DNA of 57,910 nt. It comes from Candidatus Aenigmatarchaeota archaeon. GTDB taxonomy: Archaea; Aenigmatarchaeota; Aenigmatarchaeia; GW2011-AR5. The stretch spans positions 1 to 57,910 of the forward strand of contig JAZDNV010000031.1 of NCBI GenBank assembly GCA_043799385.1, written 5' to 3'. Position 1 is the stretch's first letter; every line of letters begins with the position of its first letter. The position numbers and the translations under genes are program-made. Shown in pieces: positions 9,307 through 18,716 of the stretch. The notes below the pieces were generated by a model, which was given only the letters and a program-made list of their open reading frames with translations, was not told where the DNA came from and searched no databases.

Positions 9307-10182
9307 ATGGCAAAAAAGAAGAAACACAAGCCGAAGCTTGACGTGCTTGTCGTGGCTAAGCAGAACAAAATCGGGCTGAAGATGGCCAAACGACTGGAGA
9401 AGATACTAGAGGATGAAATTGGCGAGATTCGTTTTGACCCATCAACTGCCGGAAAATTAAAGAAATTTGGAAGAAAGGGCACGGCAATAGACAAGTTTGA
9501 TGGAGACTTGATAATCACGTTGGGCGGCGATGGTACGCTGCTCTTCACCGCGACTCATGCAAAAGTTCCCATACTTCCTGTGCGAATCGAAGGCTACGGC
9601 TTTCTATGCACTGCCGAGTTCCGTGACATAGTGAAAAATATTGACAGGATAAAGAAAAAGGACTACACTATTATAAAAAGGATGCGTTTGAAATGCACAA
9701 AAATAAGGAAGGGCAAGATAGAGAAATACATCGAGAGGATACTTCACAGTTCCTATCCGTTGTCGATAAACGAGATTGTTTTCGCAAGAAAGCGTCCTTC
9801 GAAAATACTTGAGATAGAGTTCAAGATTGACAACACGTCGTTCAGCGTTTCTGGCGACGGGTTGATGATATACACGCCATCCGGTTCTACAGCGTATAGC
9901 GCATCTTCTGGAGGATCGCTGATAGACCAGCAGCTGGATGTCATCGGCATCGTTCCGCTGTATCCGTTCTTCTCGAAGCTGAAGCCGATGATAATTCCTG
10001 TTGACAAAAAGGTTGAGGTCAAGGTCAAGGGCGGCGACTGCGCCCTTATAATAGACGGCCATGGCGGCGAATACGTCAGGAACGGCGCAGAGTTCCTGAT
10101 TGAGAAGGGCGAGCCCGTCCGAATAATAACATTATCCGAGTTCAGCTTTTACGAGAAATTCAAGGAAAAGTTTTTAAGTTAA
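9307..10182 (+). CDS. nadK: NAD(+) kinase
   Basis: GGDGT motif, INE motif, GDG...TPSGSTAY..S.GG. Confidence 0.92.
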   Translation: MAKKKKHKPKLDVLVVAKQNKIGLKMAKRLEKILEDEIGEIRFDPSTAGKLKKFGRKGTAIDKFDGDLIITLGGDGTLLFTATHAKVPILPVRIEGYGFLCTAEFRDIVKNIDRIKKKDYTIIKRMRLKCTKIRKGKIEKYIERILHSSYPLSINEIVFARKRPSKILEIEFKIDNTSFSVSGDGLMIYTPSGSTAYSASSGGSLIDQQLDVIGIVPLYPFFSKLKPMIIPVDKKVEVKVKGGDCALIIDGHGGEYVRNGAEFLIEKGEPVRIITLSEFSFYEKFKEKFLS

Positions 10183-10236
10183 CCTGGTTCTATATAGATG
10201 AGGCAATTGACGCACGGAGTGCGTCATTCAGCGTGT

Positions 10237-10437
10237 GGGCGCGTAGCTCAGCCTGGTACAAACTTCTTTAAGAAAGAAGTTTGATCAAGAAAAACTGAAG
10301 AAGAATGCAGGAATGGAGCACCTGACTGATAATCAGGCGGTCGCCAGTTCAAAAAAGCCTTTTCTTTAAAAAAGAAAAGCCTTGGGAAAAGAAAGACTAA
10401 AAAATAAGGAAAGGCTTGGAACTTCTGGCCGCGCCCA
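10237..10437 (+). tRNA. tRNA-Ile(GAT) with two non-canonical introns (D-loop ~10259-10315; T-loop ~10354-10423)
   Basis: Removing both inserts gives GGGCGCG-TA-GCTC-AGCCTGGTA-GAGC-A-CCTGA-CT-GAT-AA-TCAGG-CGGTC-GCCAG-TTCAAAT-CTGGC-CGCGCCC-A, a perfect cloverleaf; exact junctions are approximate. Confidence 0.92.
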
Positions 10438-10456
10438 CTTTTTAATAATTAAGAAT

Positions 10457-11023
10457 TCAATATCGTTTTCTCTGCTTGCTGACGAAGATGTAGTGCTTTT
10501 CCTCGTCCTTCAATTCATCAAGAATTCTTCTGACTATTATCTTCACAGGGTCGGGAAATAGTCGCACCCTCTTTGACAAGTCCTGGAACGATTCAAAAGG
10601 TTTTTTTCTTTTTTCGTCCAGTATATCCGTCAGATGTTTTTTGCCAACGCCTGGCAGTAACTGAAATTGATGCATTCTCGGCGTGATTATGGTCCCGCTG
10701 TTGAAGAAATCAACGAATCTTTTCTCATTCGCCTTGACTATCTTTTCTACGACTTCGGCAAGAATGCTCATCGCAGCGTTTGTGAGGTTTTTGTAATCAA
10801 GCTGGCCCCTGATGAACTTCACATTGTCTCGTTTGCCGTCTCCGATGTAAACTTCCTCCTCGGCATTGAGCGAGACGTTCTCTCTTGGTACCACTTCGAG
10901 CAGCGTGAAGAAATTAGTGCCTATTATTTGCGCTATTGGCTCTGCGTGTCTCCTGTCAGCGTAGCCGCTTGGAAGGAAGTCTAGAACTATAGCATTTTCC
11001 TCTTTCATGGCCAACACCCGCAT
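10457..11023 (-). CDS. DUF655 family protein (RNA-binding, HhH)
   Basis: AIVLDFLP.G, AQ.IG..FTLLE, LLPGVGKKH, PFESF; conserved position after rpl21e-rpo4. Confidence 0.9.
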   Translation of the reverse strand: MRVLAMKEENAIVLDFLPSGYADRRHAEPIAQIIGTNFFTLLEVVPRENVSLNAEEEVYIGDGKRDNVKFIRGQLDYKNLTNAAMSILAEVVEKIVKANEKRFVDFFNSGTIITPRMHQFQLLPGVGKKHLTDILDEKRKKPFESFQDLSKRVRLFPDPVKIIVRRILDELKDEEKHYIFVSKQRKRY

Positions 11024-11350
11024 TTACATATACTTCTTTACTATGTCTATTATCTGCTTGATTTCTTCCTTCTTCAAATTCGTTCGTTCCTTGCTGAAAA
11101 GCATGTTCACTTCATCTTCAGTATCAGGCATCATGTTCAAAATCAATGATATATACCTTGATTTGAGTATCGCGATGCCGTTCAATTCCTCAATCATGGA
11201 CTTGAGCTTTGCCTGAGGTAATTTTGACACTTTTTCCAGGTATTCAAGGCATATCTTCTGCTCATAAACCAATTCCTTCTCGTCTTTCCTTTTTTCCATT
11301 ATATTCTTTGCATCGTGTATGCTAACTTCTTCTTCGTTCATTATTTCCAT
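11024..11350 (-). CDS. rpo4: DNA-directed RNA polymerase subunit Rpo4 (RpoF)
   Basis: HRDC-like pattern (YEQKICLEYL, MPDTEDEV) and synteny between rpl21e and DUF655. Confidence 0.85.
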   Translation of the reverse strand: MEIMNEEEVSIHDAKNIMEKRKDEKELVYEQKICLEYLEKVSKLPQAKLKSMIEELNGIAILKSRYISLILNMMPDTEDEVNMLFSKERTNLKKEEIKQIIDIVKKYM

Positions 11351-11351
11351 T

Positions 11352-11624
11352 CTATCGCCTCAGATGTTCTGGCTTAAGATATAATCTTTTCAGAGCCTTT
11401 TTATCCCTTACTTCGATTATGTATGTGTTCCCTTTCCTGTCAACGATTTTTCCCATCAAGCCCTGGAACTTAGGGTGCGGCATCTTGTGGGACGAGAAAT
11501 CAACATGAATCGTTTCACCGGTTTTGTATTCTTCCATGACATCGGCAATGCTCGCTTTCTTGCCGCTGAGCTTATGTCTCGAGCCCTTCATCTTTCCATA
11601 CGATTTTCTTACCATAACAATCAC
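11352..11624 (-). CDS. rpl21e: 50S ribosomal protein eL21
   Basis: KSYG...SRHKL, PHPKFQG..G, KPEHLR motifs. Confidence 0.9.
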   Translation of the reverse strand: MIVMVRKSYGKMKGSRHKLSGKKASIADVMEEYKTGETIHVDFSSHKMPHPKFQGLMGKIVDRKGNTYIIEVRDKKALKRLYLKPEHLRR

Positions 11625-11657
11625 AAATCATACATACATGATTATATTTAAATTCAT

Positions 11658-11749
11658 AGCTTTGTTTAAAAAATGATGGACATCTGTATGATGTCCATCG
11701 ATGGATAGGCTATCACGCCTACGTGATAGCCTAGTTTTTAAACAAAGCT
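11658..11749 (+). mobile_element. MITE copy 1 (15-bp TIR AGCTTTGTTTAAAAA, 9-bp TSD)
   Basis: Perfect TIRs; flanks TAAATTCAT / TAAATTCGT (8/9); two internal hairpins; near-identical to copy at 24521. Confidence 0.88.
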
Positions 11750-11776
11750 TAAATTCGTTGAAAGTGATGTTCAGTT

Positions 11777-12454
11777 ATGATAAAGGCAGTTCTCTTTGAT
11801 TTGGACCAAACGCTCATAGACTTCATAGGGATGAAAAAAATCGCCTCTAAAAAGGCTGCTTTTTCCATGGTCAAGGCCGGCCTGAAGATGGACCGCGGCG
11901 ATGCAGGCGAAATGCTTTTTGATTTCTACATCAAAGAAGGCATAGAATCGAATACCGCTTTCACGAGATTCCTTAAAAAGCACGGAAGCATGGACCACAA
12001 AATTCTTGCCGCAGGCATAAATGCATACACAAAGGCAAAATACGAGAGCATGAGAACTTACCCAAAAGCCAGAATCGTTCTAAGAAGACTAAAGAAAAAA
12101 GGGCTGAAGCTTGGCATAATAACCGACGCACCGAAGCTGAAGGCATGGCAGCGACTGCATATGATGGGTATGGAGGATTTTTTTGATATAGTTGTAGCGT
12201 TTGACGACACCAGAAAAAAGAAACCGCACGGTTCGCCGTTCAGCGTTGCGGTCACTAAACTAAAAATAGCTCCATGCGAAATATTGTTCGTTGGCGACCA
12301 GCCGCAGCGCGACATCAGGGGCGCAAAAAAGGCAGGAATGATTACCGTACTCGCAGGATACGGAATACAGGAAAAATTCAGGAAGCATCTGAAGAGATTT
12401 AAGCCGGATTACACGATAAATAGTCTTGAGGAACTAGTAAGGCTGATAAAATGA
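11777..12454 (+). CDS. HAD-superfamily hydrolase (TIGR02253-like)
   Basis: FDLDQTL motif I, KKKPH, VGD...DI.GAK.AGM. Confidence 0.9.
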   Translation: MIKAVLFDLDQTLIDFIGMKKIASKKAAFSMVKAGLKMDRGDAGEMLFDFYIKEGIESNTAFTRFLKKHGSMDHKILAAGINAYTKAKYESMRTYPKARIVLRRLKKKGLKLGIITDAPKLKAWQRLHMMGMEDFFDIVVAFDDTRKKKPHGSPFSVAVTKLKIAPCEILFVGDQPQRDIRGAKKAGMITVLAGYGIQEKFRKHLKRFKPDYTINSLEELVRLIK

Positions 12455-13911
12455 AATTGTCATTCTACGGAGGCGTAAATGAGATAGGAGGAAACAAATT
12501 TCTGCTAGAGGACAAAGAAACGAAAATATTTCTGGATTTTGGAAAAAACTTCATGATAGAGAACCGGTTTTTCGATTTCCCGTTAGTCCAGCCGTTCTAC
12601 ATACCTGACCTGGAAAAGACTGGCGCGATACCGGCTATTTCCAGTCTTTACCGAGATGCGAACGCTCCGTACAGAAAAGCCGGAACAAAGCCGGTCGACG
12701 GCATATTGTTAACGCATGCGCACATGGACCACTACGGCTATATACCATTGATTCGCGGCGACGTGCCAATCTTTCTAGGCAAAGCAACAGTCGATATTAT
12801 TAATATAAGGAGCGAGACATATGCGGCAACGTGGGGAAGCAAAACAGGGCACATAAAGCACGTTGAAACTTTTCACAGTAACGACCTGAAAGAATGCAAG
12901 AATATATCATTCAAGCCCGTGCATGTCGACCATTCGATACCCGCGTCGTATGCGTATATAATCTACGGAACGAAGACAGTCGCATACACGGGCGATCTGC
13001 GCCTGCACGGATACAAAAAAGAATTGACGAAAGACTTCATCGCTGAACTTGAAAAAAACGAAGTCGATGTATTGCTGTGCGAAGGCACGAACATCGTGTC
13101 AGAGCGGGATGATTTGTTCCTGAAAAATTTCGAGCAGGAGTTAATGCGAAGAAAGCAGAACCCGCCCAAGAGAACTTTATTACCGTGCAAATCAGAGGAC
13201 GAGGTTCTTGAAAAAATGAAGGGCATCGTGAATGACATGCGCGGCCTTGTCATAATAGAGACGAACCCTGCGGACATAGACAGGATAAGGACAATATTCA
13301 ATGTCGCATCGCTGACGAAAAGAAAGCTTGTCCTCACGCCGAAGCAATCGTACCTTGTCCACGCGCTGGAGGCGATTGGCGACATAAAAGAGCTGCCAAA
13401 ACTTAATGATTTTTGCCTTTATCTTGACCGCGTGAGAAAGAGGCAGGGCGAGGAGTGGGAAGAAGCTTTCAACGAGTCCTATCGCCAGGATTACCAGCGG
13501 ACTATGATAGATAAGTGCAAGGACGTTTTGCACGACGAAGAAGGCAGGGAAGAATTGCGCAAGAACGGTGATGAATATATAATCTGCACGGACAATGCGA
13601 CGAAGCGTTTCCAGGAACTGAAGCCCACGAGCGGAACGTTTCCGTGCAACTACATATTGAGCAAGTCAGAGCCGTTCACAGAGGAGATGATGATTACTTT
13701 CGATAAGCTTCTGAACTGGCTGATAATATCCGGAATAACCGAATACCACCAGCTGCACGTTTCAGGTCATGCATCTAAAGATGATTTGAAGAAAATAATC
13801 GACGCCGCTAACCCGAAGACGATTATTCCAATCCACACGGAGCACCCAGAGCTCTTCAAGAAATTCGGCAACGTCAGGATACCGACAATGAACGGCATGA
13901 TGGAGATATAA
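12451..13911 (+). CDS. MBL-fold / beta-CASP ribonuclease (RNase J-like)
   Basis: GG..EIGGN, THAHMDHYG, VDHSIP, YTGDLR, HVSGHA, PIHTEH. Confidence 0.85.
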   Translation: MKLSFYGGVNEIGGNKFLLEDKETKIFLDFGKNFMIENRFFDFPLVQPFYIPDLEKTGAIPAISSLYRDANAPYRKAGTKPVDGILLTHAHMDHYGYIPLIRGDVPIFLGKATVDIINIRSETYAATWGSKTGHIKHVETFHSNDLKECKNISFKPVHVDHSIPASYAYIIYGTKTVAYTGDLRLHGYKKELTKDFIAELEKNEVDVLLCEGTNIVSERDDLFLKNFEQELMRRKQNPPKRTLLPCKSEDEVLEKMKGIVNDMRGLVIIETNPADIDRIRTIFNVASLTKRKLVLTPKQSYLVHALEAIGDIKELPKLNDFCLYLDRVRKRQGEEWEEAFNESYRQDYQRTMIDKCKDVLHDEEGREELRKNGDEYIICTDNATKRFQELKPTSGTFPCNYILSKSEPFTEEMMITFDKLLNWLIISGITEYHQLHVSGHASKDDLKKIIDAANPKTIIPIHTEHPELFKKFGNVRIPTMNGMMEI

Positions 13912-13932
13912 TCTTTAAATTCTTTTCTATGT

Positions 13933-14271
13933 ATGTGTATCGATATGTCGATTAACAGACATATACCGGAAATCGAGCTTGGCTTATTGCAGATGCAGAT
14001 TCTGTGGCTGCTCAACAAGAAAGGAACGCACGGCTACGAGCTGATGAAGCGATTGAGCGACCTAAAGACTACGAAAATCACGCAGGGAACATTATACCCG
14101 ACGTTGCAGCGATTGGAGGAACTAAAGTTAATCAAGAGCAGGGAGGACGATCGCAGAAAGGTTTACATCCTCACTGACAAAGGCAAGAAAACGATGAAAG
14201 ATTCATGTGCTGATTTCTGCAAGACTTTTCATGGCATATTCGAGGATTTCATATGCGGAAAATGTAGGTGA
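13933..14271 (+). CDS. PadR-family transcriptional regulator with 4-Cys C-terminal tail
   Basis: IL.LL...HGYEL...GTLYPTLQRLEE...RRKVY.LT.KG; ends CADFCKTFHGIFEDFICGKCR. Confidence 0.88.
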   Translation: MCIDMSINRHIPEIELGLLQMQILWLLNKKGTHGYELMKRLSDLKTTKITQGTLYPTLQRLEELKLIKSREDDRRKVYILTDKGKKTMKDSCADFCKTFHGIFEDFICGKCR

Positions 14272-14276
14272 TAAAA

Positions 14277-14321
14277 ATGAAAAAGAATAAATGTTGCTGC
14301 TGCTGTTGCTGTAAGTGCTAG
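14277..14321 (+). CDS. Poly-cysteine micro-ORF MKKNKCCCCCCCKC (14 aa)
   Basis: AGGTGA SD 5 nt upstream; mixed TGT/TGC codons; stop TAG overlaps the AGGTGA SD of the next ORF; below ORF-track cutoff. Confidence 0.75.
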   Translation: MKKNKCCCCCCCKC

Positions 14322-14329
14322 GTGATTAA

Positions 14330-14500
14330 ATGAAAAAAGGAATCGGCGGACCTGTGGATATACTGCATAGCATAGTGATAATTATAGTAGCGCTGTTCAT
14401 GATAAAACACGGCATCGACGGCAACGGGTTAGGCCCGATGTTTGTCATATTGTTTGCTTTGTTTCTATTGATACTTGAAGTAGGTGCTATATTCCTATGA
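14330..14500 (+). CDS. Small 2-TM membrane protein (56 aa)
   Basis: SD AGGTGA upstream; two hydrophobic segments; ATGA overlap with iscS start. Confidence 0.7.
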   Translation: MKKGIGGPVDILHSIVIIIVALFMIKHGIDGNGLGPMFVILFALFLLILEVGAIFL

Positions 14501-15651
14501 GAAGAATCTATCTCGACCATGCGGCAACGACTCCAGTGAGAAAAGAAGTTGTTGAGGCAATGAAACCTTTTTTTGACAAGAAATACGGCAACGCATCCTC
14601 GCTTCATCGTTTTGGCCAGGATGCAAAAATTGCTTTGGACGAATCCAGGCACACGATTGCAAAGTTTCTAGGCGCTGGCGATAATGAGGTCATATTCACA
14701 TCAGGCGGCACTGAATCAGATAATCTAGCTTTGATTGGAACAGCTTTCGCAAATCGCAGCAAAGGAAAGCACATAGTAACATCAAAAATCGAGCACCATG
14801 CGGTTCTGCACACGTGCCAGTGGCTGGAAAAGAACGGTTTCGCGGTTACATATCTGCCGGTCGATAGATACGGTTTTGTTGACGCAGGCGACGTAGAGAA
14901 GTCGCTAAGGGACGATACGATTCTCGTGTCGATAATGCACGCGAACAACGAAATCGGGACGATAGAGCCAATAGAAGAAATCGGCAGAATCTGCAACGAG
15001 CACAACGTCTGCTTCCATACAGACGCTGTGCAGAGCTTCGGCAAGATACCGATAAACATGAAATACATCAATCTGCTATCTGTGTCAGGACATAAGGTTT
15101 ACGGGCCGAAGGGAATCGGATTGCTTTTTATCAGAAACGGAACAAGAATCGAACCAATACTTCATGGTGGTGGCCACGAAAAAAAGATGCGCTCGGGAAC
15201 AGAAAATATTCCAGGCATCGTAGGCTTCAGCAAGGCGGTTGAACTCGCTGGCAAAGAAATGAAATTAGAGTCAGGTCGAGAGATAAAACTGAGAGATAAG
15301 CTGATAAAGAACGTATTAAAAATTGATAACGCCTACCTGAGTGGCCATCCGAAAAAGCGGTTGCCGAACAATGCAGGGTTCTGGTTCAAATTCATCGAGG
15401 GCGAGTCGCTCGTCCTGCAGTTGGATAGTTATGGCATCGCAGCGTCCACAGGCAGCGCGTGCTCATCGAAATCGCTCGAACCTTCACATGTGTTAAAAGC
15501 AATCGGATTGAAGCATGAAGAATGCCATGGTTCGTTGCGGATGACGCTTGGCCGGCAAAACACTAGCAAGGATATAGATTATACGCTGGATGTTTTACCA
15601 AAAGTCGTTGAAAAGCTGAGGCAGATATCTCCGTTCAAAAAGAGGTGGTAA
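14497..15651 (+). CDS. iscS: Cysteine desulfurase, group I (IscS/NifS)
   Basis: YLDHAATTP, SGHKVYGPKG (PLP Lys), STGSACSS (catalytic Cys). Confidence 0.96.
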   Translation: MRRIYLDHAATTPVRKEVVEAMKPFFDKKYGNASSLHRFGQDAKIALDESRHTIAKFLGAGDNEVIFTSGGTESDNLALIGTAFANRSKGKHIVTSKIEHHAVLHTCQWLEKNGFAVTYLPVDRYGFVDAGDVEKSLRDDTILVSIMHANNEIGTIEPIEEIGRICNEHNVCFHTDAVQSFGKIPINMKYINLLSVSGHKVYGPKGIGLLFIRNGTRIEPILHGGGHEKKMRSGTENIPGIVGFSKAVELAGKEMKLESGREIKLRDKLIKNVLKIDNAYLSGHPKKRLPNNAGFWFKFIEGESLVLQLDSYGIAASTGSACSSKSLEPSHVLKAIGLKHEECHGSLRMTLGRQNTSKDIDYTLDVLPKVVEKLRQISPFKKRW

Positions 15652-16103
15652 TTATGTATTCAAAAAAAGTCATGAATCTTTTCACGAAACCGCACAATCT
15701 CGGAAGAATAGAGAACGCGGACGGCGTCGGAAAAGTAGGCAATATTATATGCGGAGACGTCATGCACCTTTACATAAAAATAAAGAATAATAAAATCGCT
15801 GACATAAAATTCGAGACATTCGGCTGCGCGGCAGCGATTGCGACGAGCAGCATGATCACTGATATTGCAAAAGGCAAGACGATAGAAGAGGCAATAAAAA
15901 TCGGCAGGAAGGACGTTGCTGACAATCTAGGCGGTCTGCCACCGATAAAGATGCACTGCTCGAACTTGGCAGCAGATGCATTGCACGAGGCAATATACGA
16001 CTACATGTCTAAAAATAAGATAAAAATACCTAAGGAGCTCCAGAAAGAGCATGAAAGGATAAAAAAAGAATTGTATACGACCGAGCACAAGTACATGCGT
16101 TAG
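15645..16103 (+). CDS. iscU: Fe-S cluster scaffold IscU/NifU-N
   Basis: GNIICGDVM, FGCAAAIATSS, LPPIKMHCS. Confidence 0.95.
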   Translation: MVIMYSKKVMNLFTKPHNLGRIENADGVGKVGNIICGDVMHLYIKIKNNKIADIKFETFGCAAAIATSSMITDIAKGKTIEEAIKIGRKDVADNLGGLPPIKMHCSNLAADALHEAIYDYMSKNKIKIPKELQKEHERIKKELYTTEHKYMR

Positions 16104-17020
16104 TCCTTCATCTTTGATAAGTAATCAGCTGCGGCTAAAGCGGCTTTCGCTCCTTCGCCTGCTGCCACGATTATCTGCTTTTCAGGTATGTCAGTCACAT
16201 CGCCAGCCGCGAATATGCCCGGAACGCTGGTCATGTTCTCCTTGAACATCTCCGTGCATCGCGAAATCATTATCTCGTTCCTCTTGTTCTTTTTCACGAT
16301 TTTTGCGAATTCGACATTTGGTATTGTTCCAATTTCGATGAAGACGCCAGAAACCGCAATTTTTTCTCGTCTGCCTTTTTTTTCTATTTCTACAGCACTT
16401 ACGAATTTGTCGCCAATTATCTTGGTTATGTTGGTTTCGTTCAGTATCTTTACTTTGTCATTTTTTTTCGCTTTTTCAATCATAACGTTATCGGCGGTTA
16501 ATTTTTTCCATCTGTTAAGAAGATAAATCTTGTTCGCGATTTTTGTCAACTGCAGAACTGCGTCCAATGCCGAATTTCCGCTGCCAACGACCGCTACGTT
16601 TTTTTCAGTGAATAATGGCGCATCGCACGTTGCGCAGTGGGTTACGCCACGGCCGAGGAATTCTTTTTCGCCTGATATCTCTAATCTTCTAGGCTTTTTT
16701 CCCGAAGCGATTACCAGCGTTTTGCATTCGTACTTTCCTTTATCGGTTACTACAGTTATTATTTTGCCCTTTTTCTTTATGTCGACGACTTCATCATTCC
16801 TGATTTTTATTTTATAATACTCCAAGTGTTCCTGGAACTTCTTTACAAGTTCTGCGCCTGATACAAGATGATAGCCAAGGTAATTTTCGACATCAGAAGA
16901 AAGCAATGCCTGCCCGCCGACATCCTTGGATATAAGCAGAAAATCAATTTTTTTTCTTGCAAGGTAGATTGATGCGGTTAATCCTGCCGGTCCTGCTCCT
17001 ATTATTATCGCATCATGCAT
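16100..17020 (-). CDS. trxB: Thioredoxin reductase-like FAD oxidoreductase (TrxB/AhpF-C type; start moved to ATG 17020)
   Basis: IIIGAGPAGL, HCATCDAP redox pair, VGSGNSA, FAAGDVT. Confidence 0.9.
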   Translation of the reverse strand: MHDAIIIGAGPAGLTASIYLARKKIDFLLISKDVGGQALLSSDVENYLGYHLVSGAELVKKFQEHLEYYKIKIRNDEVVDIKKKGKIITVVTDKGKYECKTLVIASGKKPRRLEISGEKEFLGRGVTHCATCDAPLFTEKNVAVVGSGNSALDAVLQLTKIANKIYLLNRWKKLTADNVMIEKAKKNDKVKILNETNITKIIGDKFVSAVEIEKKGRREKIAVSGVFIEIGTIPNVEFAKIVKKNKRNEIMISRCTEMFKENMTSVPGIFAAGDVTDIPEKQIIVAAGEGAKAALAAADYLSKMKD

Positions 17021-17021
17021 A

Positions 17022-17459
17022 CTAACCACAAGTTCCGCAGCCGTCAGTACAGTTGCAACTTCCATACGTAGTTGTTGCGTTGCAATCAGCACACGTGCAC
17101 ACCTGCTCAACGCCAAATATACAACCTTCGGGGTCCGAAGGGTCGCAAGAGCCATGCACAACGATGTTATATACCCCGTTTGCTGCAAAAACCAGGCTCA
17201 GGATTAATGTAATCATGAAAAACCAAGAGATTGGCTCAAAATATTTGTACGTGAATTTTGCTAATTTCTGGCTCCTCATCATAAGCTTGCTGATTATCTT
17301 TGATTTCATCTTTTGGTCGAATTGCGTGTCACACTTCCTGAGCGTCATTCTTCTAAAAATGCATCGCGACGCTTCCTTGAAATAATTCCTATATTTTACA
17401 GAGAACAACCCTAGGAATCCGAATACTATCATGGCAACTACGCATATCATGTGAATCAC
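17022..17459 (-). CDS. Hypothetical membrane protein with Cys-rich C-terminus
   Basis: Two hydrophobic segments, C-terminal C..C..CTCADC..CNC..CGTC; tightly coupled between sufS and trxB. Confidence 0.7.
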   Translation of the reverse strand: MIHMICVVAMIVFGFLGLFSVKYRNYFKEASRCIFRRMTLRKCDTQFDQKMKSKIISKLMMRSQKLAKFTYKYFEPISWFFMITLILSLVFAANGVYNIVVHGSCDPSDPEGCIFGVEQVCTCADCNATTTYGSCNCTDGCGTCG

Positions 17460-18649
17460 TTCAGTTTAATAATTTTACTTATGGTATCATTAAATACCTT
17501 ACACTCCTCTTCTGTATTGTATAAATACAGAGAGACGCGGGCAGAACCGTCTATCTTATGTGCGTTGAACCAGGAATGAACGCAGTGCTGTCCGGAACGA
17601 ATCATTATGTTTGCAAGCTCGTCAAGCATCAATGCGATTTCATGGTATCCGATGCCGTTTATATTGAATGATGTTATGCCGCTTCGCATTTCGACTGATG
17701 GCCCGATTATATCTGCTATTCCGAACAAGGAATCGGTAATAATCGTATTCAGTCTTTGCTCGTGCTTCTCAACGTTGTCAAGACCTATCTTATCAAGGTA
17801 ATTCAGGGCTTCGGCCAGACCTATTGCTCCAGCATAATTCTGCAACCCGGCTTCGAATTTTTCAGGCGGCTCCAAAAGCTTGTGCGTTTCATAAGTCGAG
17901 CTGGATACGGTGTCGCCGCCGAGCATGAAAGTGCCAAGCGTTTCAAGCAATTCATGTTTGCCGTACAAACAGCCGATGCCAGAAGGCCCAAGCGCCTTGT
18001 GTCCGGAAAAAGCAAGAAAATCGCAATCCATCTTCTTTACATTCATCTTCTTGTGCGGCACGCTCTGTGCGCCATCCAGCATCACCAATGCGCCAAAGTC
18101 GTGTGCAATTTTTATTATATCCTCCGCTGGTATCGTATAGCCATCAAGATTGGACGTATGGACCATTGAAACTAGTTTTACGTTTTTGTTCATCTTACTC
18201 TCGAATTCTTCCATGTTAAACGTGTTGTCGCGATTAGAGAAGACTATCTCATGCCTTATCCCACGATTGGTGAGGACTTGCCATGGCAGCAGGTTTGAGT
18301 TGTGCTCCTTGTCTGTTGTCAGGACGATATCGCCGTTATGCAGGTTTAGCGAATTCGCGACAAGGTTTATGCCCTCAGTCGTGTTCCTTGTGAATACAAT
18401 CTCATTTGTTTTTGCGTTCAAGAATTTGGCTATGTTTTCCCGGGATTTCTCATATTTTTCTGTGACCAATGCGCCCAATCGATAGCTGCTGCGGGTGCAT
18501 ACCGGAAAGTTTTCATAGTATTCGTTCATCGCGTTTATTACCTGCTTTGGCCGCAGCGTCACGCAGGCGTTGTCAAAGTATATCAGCGGCTTTCCGTTCC
18601 TAACCTGCTGGAGCAGTGGAAAATCCTTTCTTATGTTATCTACGTTCAT
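17456..18649 (-). CDS. sufS: Cysteine desulfurase, group II (SufS/Csd)
   Basis: IRKDFPLL, YFDNA, FSGHK..GPSG, EKFEAG, RSGQHC. Confidence 0.92.
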   Translation of the reverse strand: MNVDNIRKDFPLLQQVRNGKPLIYFDNACVTLRPKQVINAMNEYYENFPVCTRSSYRLGALVTEKYEKSRENIAKFLNAKTNEIVFTRNTTEGINLVANSLNLHNGDIVLTTDKEHNSNLLPWQVLTNRGIRHEIVFSNRDNTFNMEEFESKMNKNVKLVSMVHTSNLDGYTIPAEDIIKIAHDFGALVMLDGAQSVPHKKMNVKKMDCDFLAFSGHKALGPSGIGCLYGKHELLETLGTFMLGGDTVSSSTYETHKLLEPPEKFEAGLQNYAGAIGLAEALNYLDKIGLDNVEKHEQRLNTIITDSLFGIADIIGPSVEMRSGITSFNINGIGYHEIALMLDELANIMIRSGQHCVHSWFNAHKIDGSARVSLYLYNTEEECKVFNDTISKIIKLK

Positions 18650-18716
18650 AACGGTCAATTAAAAATACCTTTGACCTAAAAGTTTTAAAATGCCTAGGTA
18701 TTTCCCATAGGATAAA

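Noticed and set aside
14319-14335. Readthrough of the poly-Cys TAG (Pyl/Sec-type recoding)
   Set aside because: An in-frame TGA follows three codons later and no recoding structure is apparent
17021-17188. N-terminal extension of the trxB ORF
   Set aside because: Overlaps the upstream gene 17022-17459; the FAD-binding motif begins right after ATG 17020
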